From: Hydrurus foetidus
Taxonomy: Eukaryota
NCBI GenBank assembly: GCA_900617105.1
Contig: UYFQ01000675.1
Span: 1-53,172 of the forward strand
Length of the DNA: 53,172 nucleotides
Direction: 5' to 3'
The stretch's first letter is position 1, and the number at the start of each line of letters is the position of its first letter. Below the pieces are notes generated by a model, which saw only the letters and a program-made list of their open reading frames with translations, did not search any database and was not told the origin of the DNA. Both the position numbers and the translations under genes were made by a program. This document shows, piece after piece, positions 51,981 through 53,172 of the stretch.

Positions 51981-53172
51981 CGAGAGTAGTTACAGAAGTG
52001 CATTGATTCACTGTAGAATCCTTCTGAACTTCGACTTCTCACTTCTCAGAACTATTCTCAACTTCCTCTTTCAGTTATCAAATCCCGCTTCATAACTTCG
52101 ATCACTTTTCATTTTTCATTTCTGACTCTCAGAAATGGACAAGATGAGAACATGAAAAAGAAATAAAAATGAAACGTTTTAATTAATGGAGCACTGAAAC
52201 ACTGCATGAAACGCTTGAATATGACCCTATCAATGTTGTGAGAGACACTACATACGTTATCAAATTAACGAAGAGATTTTCTAGCTTTGCTTGATTTCAA
52301 AACGATGTCGTCGAAACGACATGAACTTCTGAAGACCAACAATAAGATGCTCTCAAAGTACAAATTTACCACTCATGCAAAATGGGCAATATCGAGATGC
52401 CTCACGCCATGCATCGACTCAACAAAAGGCTGCAAATCAAAAGTGAACTACTCTATCGATCATCAGTCAGATCATGATGGAATGTCATAGCGTATGATTT
52501 ACATAAAAGAAACAGAATCCAGTAGGGAGTACTGCACTACAAATGCCACCGACGTGGTCGTTAGAGATGCATAAGGTGCTATCATTGTAAACGCTACCGA
52601 AGTCTGGCTATACCTCGTCTTTTCGTAGTCCTGATTTAATTTAATTTAGCTTGGCTTGTTCCATGTGCTGATTTGGACACTGGTTTGAGAGAGGTTATTG
52701 AGAAAATATTAGCACGCATTTTTGGAACACGATGAAGCGAATGAGGAGATAGAAGTGGAAGAGGATCTGCCCTACTTACACTGCACGTCACACCAGACGA
52801 GATTCGTCCACATCACCTCATACCCGGTCATGGCGGATCATCAGCATCAGGACACTTGCAGCCTGTTCATGTCTACATATTCGCTTCTGTCACAAACTTT
52901 CATTAAATAACAGTACAGTTTGACCGTCAATTAAAGCTCTGTGGGAACGAGCACGTTCGATGCGCCACGACATTTACATGTCATTCATGCATAGCTAGTA
53001 GTGACCGCGACAACATCCCTGGCAATGCGATATCATACCATGTAACACACTGTTTAGATTGCTGTCACTAAGTGCAGTGATGAAAAGCCAAAAAGACTCA
53101 AGACAAACAATGTTTATTAGATTACATGGGATAATAAACTAAGAAACCAATACACATTGGCTGCATATCGCT

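Larger units (their letters stand above)
15890..53172. repeat. Tandem segmental amplicon (Nudix 5' part - spacer - Cys-rich gene - SEN2 3' part), about 3.2 units visible
   Basis: Marker GTGCATTGATTCACTGTAGAAT recurs at ~16574, 26024, 41280 and 51998. Gene order is conserved, and unit 2 is interrupted by retroelements and partly deleted. Confidence 0.92.

Overview
Eukaryotic, intron-containing (GT-AG) genomic DNA, probably from a stramenopile such as a chrysophyte (inferred from element types and intron microsatellites). It has three layers. (1) A family of secreted Cys-rich proteins with Pro/Thr linkers (three copies, minus strand). From about 15.9 kb onward these lie in a ~9.5-10.7 kb tandem amplicon whose breakpoint joins the 5' part of a NUDT16-like Nudix gene to the 3' part of a tRNA-splicing endonuclease SEN2-like gene, so only the secreted-protein gene is copied whole. 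(2) A head-to-tail trimer of a two-gene PIF/Harbinger DNA transposon (4652-14437, TAA at both outer ends), made of one near-complete copy and two deletion derivatives. (3) LTR retrotransposons inserted in the amplicon: a near-complete Ty1/copia element with a Tc1/mariner-type MITE at its 5' end, and a truncated chromodomain-bearing Ty3/gypsy element. The most notable signal is that the copia element has no tRNA primer-binding site. Instead, the 10 nt after its 5' LTR are perfectly complementary to a site inside the LTR, the layout of Tf1-type self-primed reverse transcription. Some frameshifts and two garbled G-rich tracts may be consensus errors.
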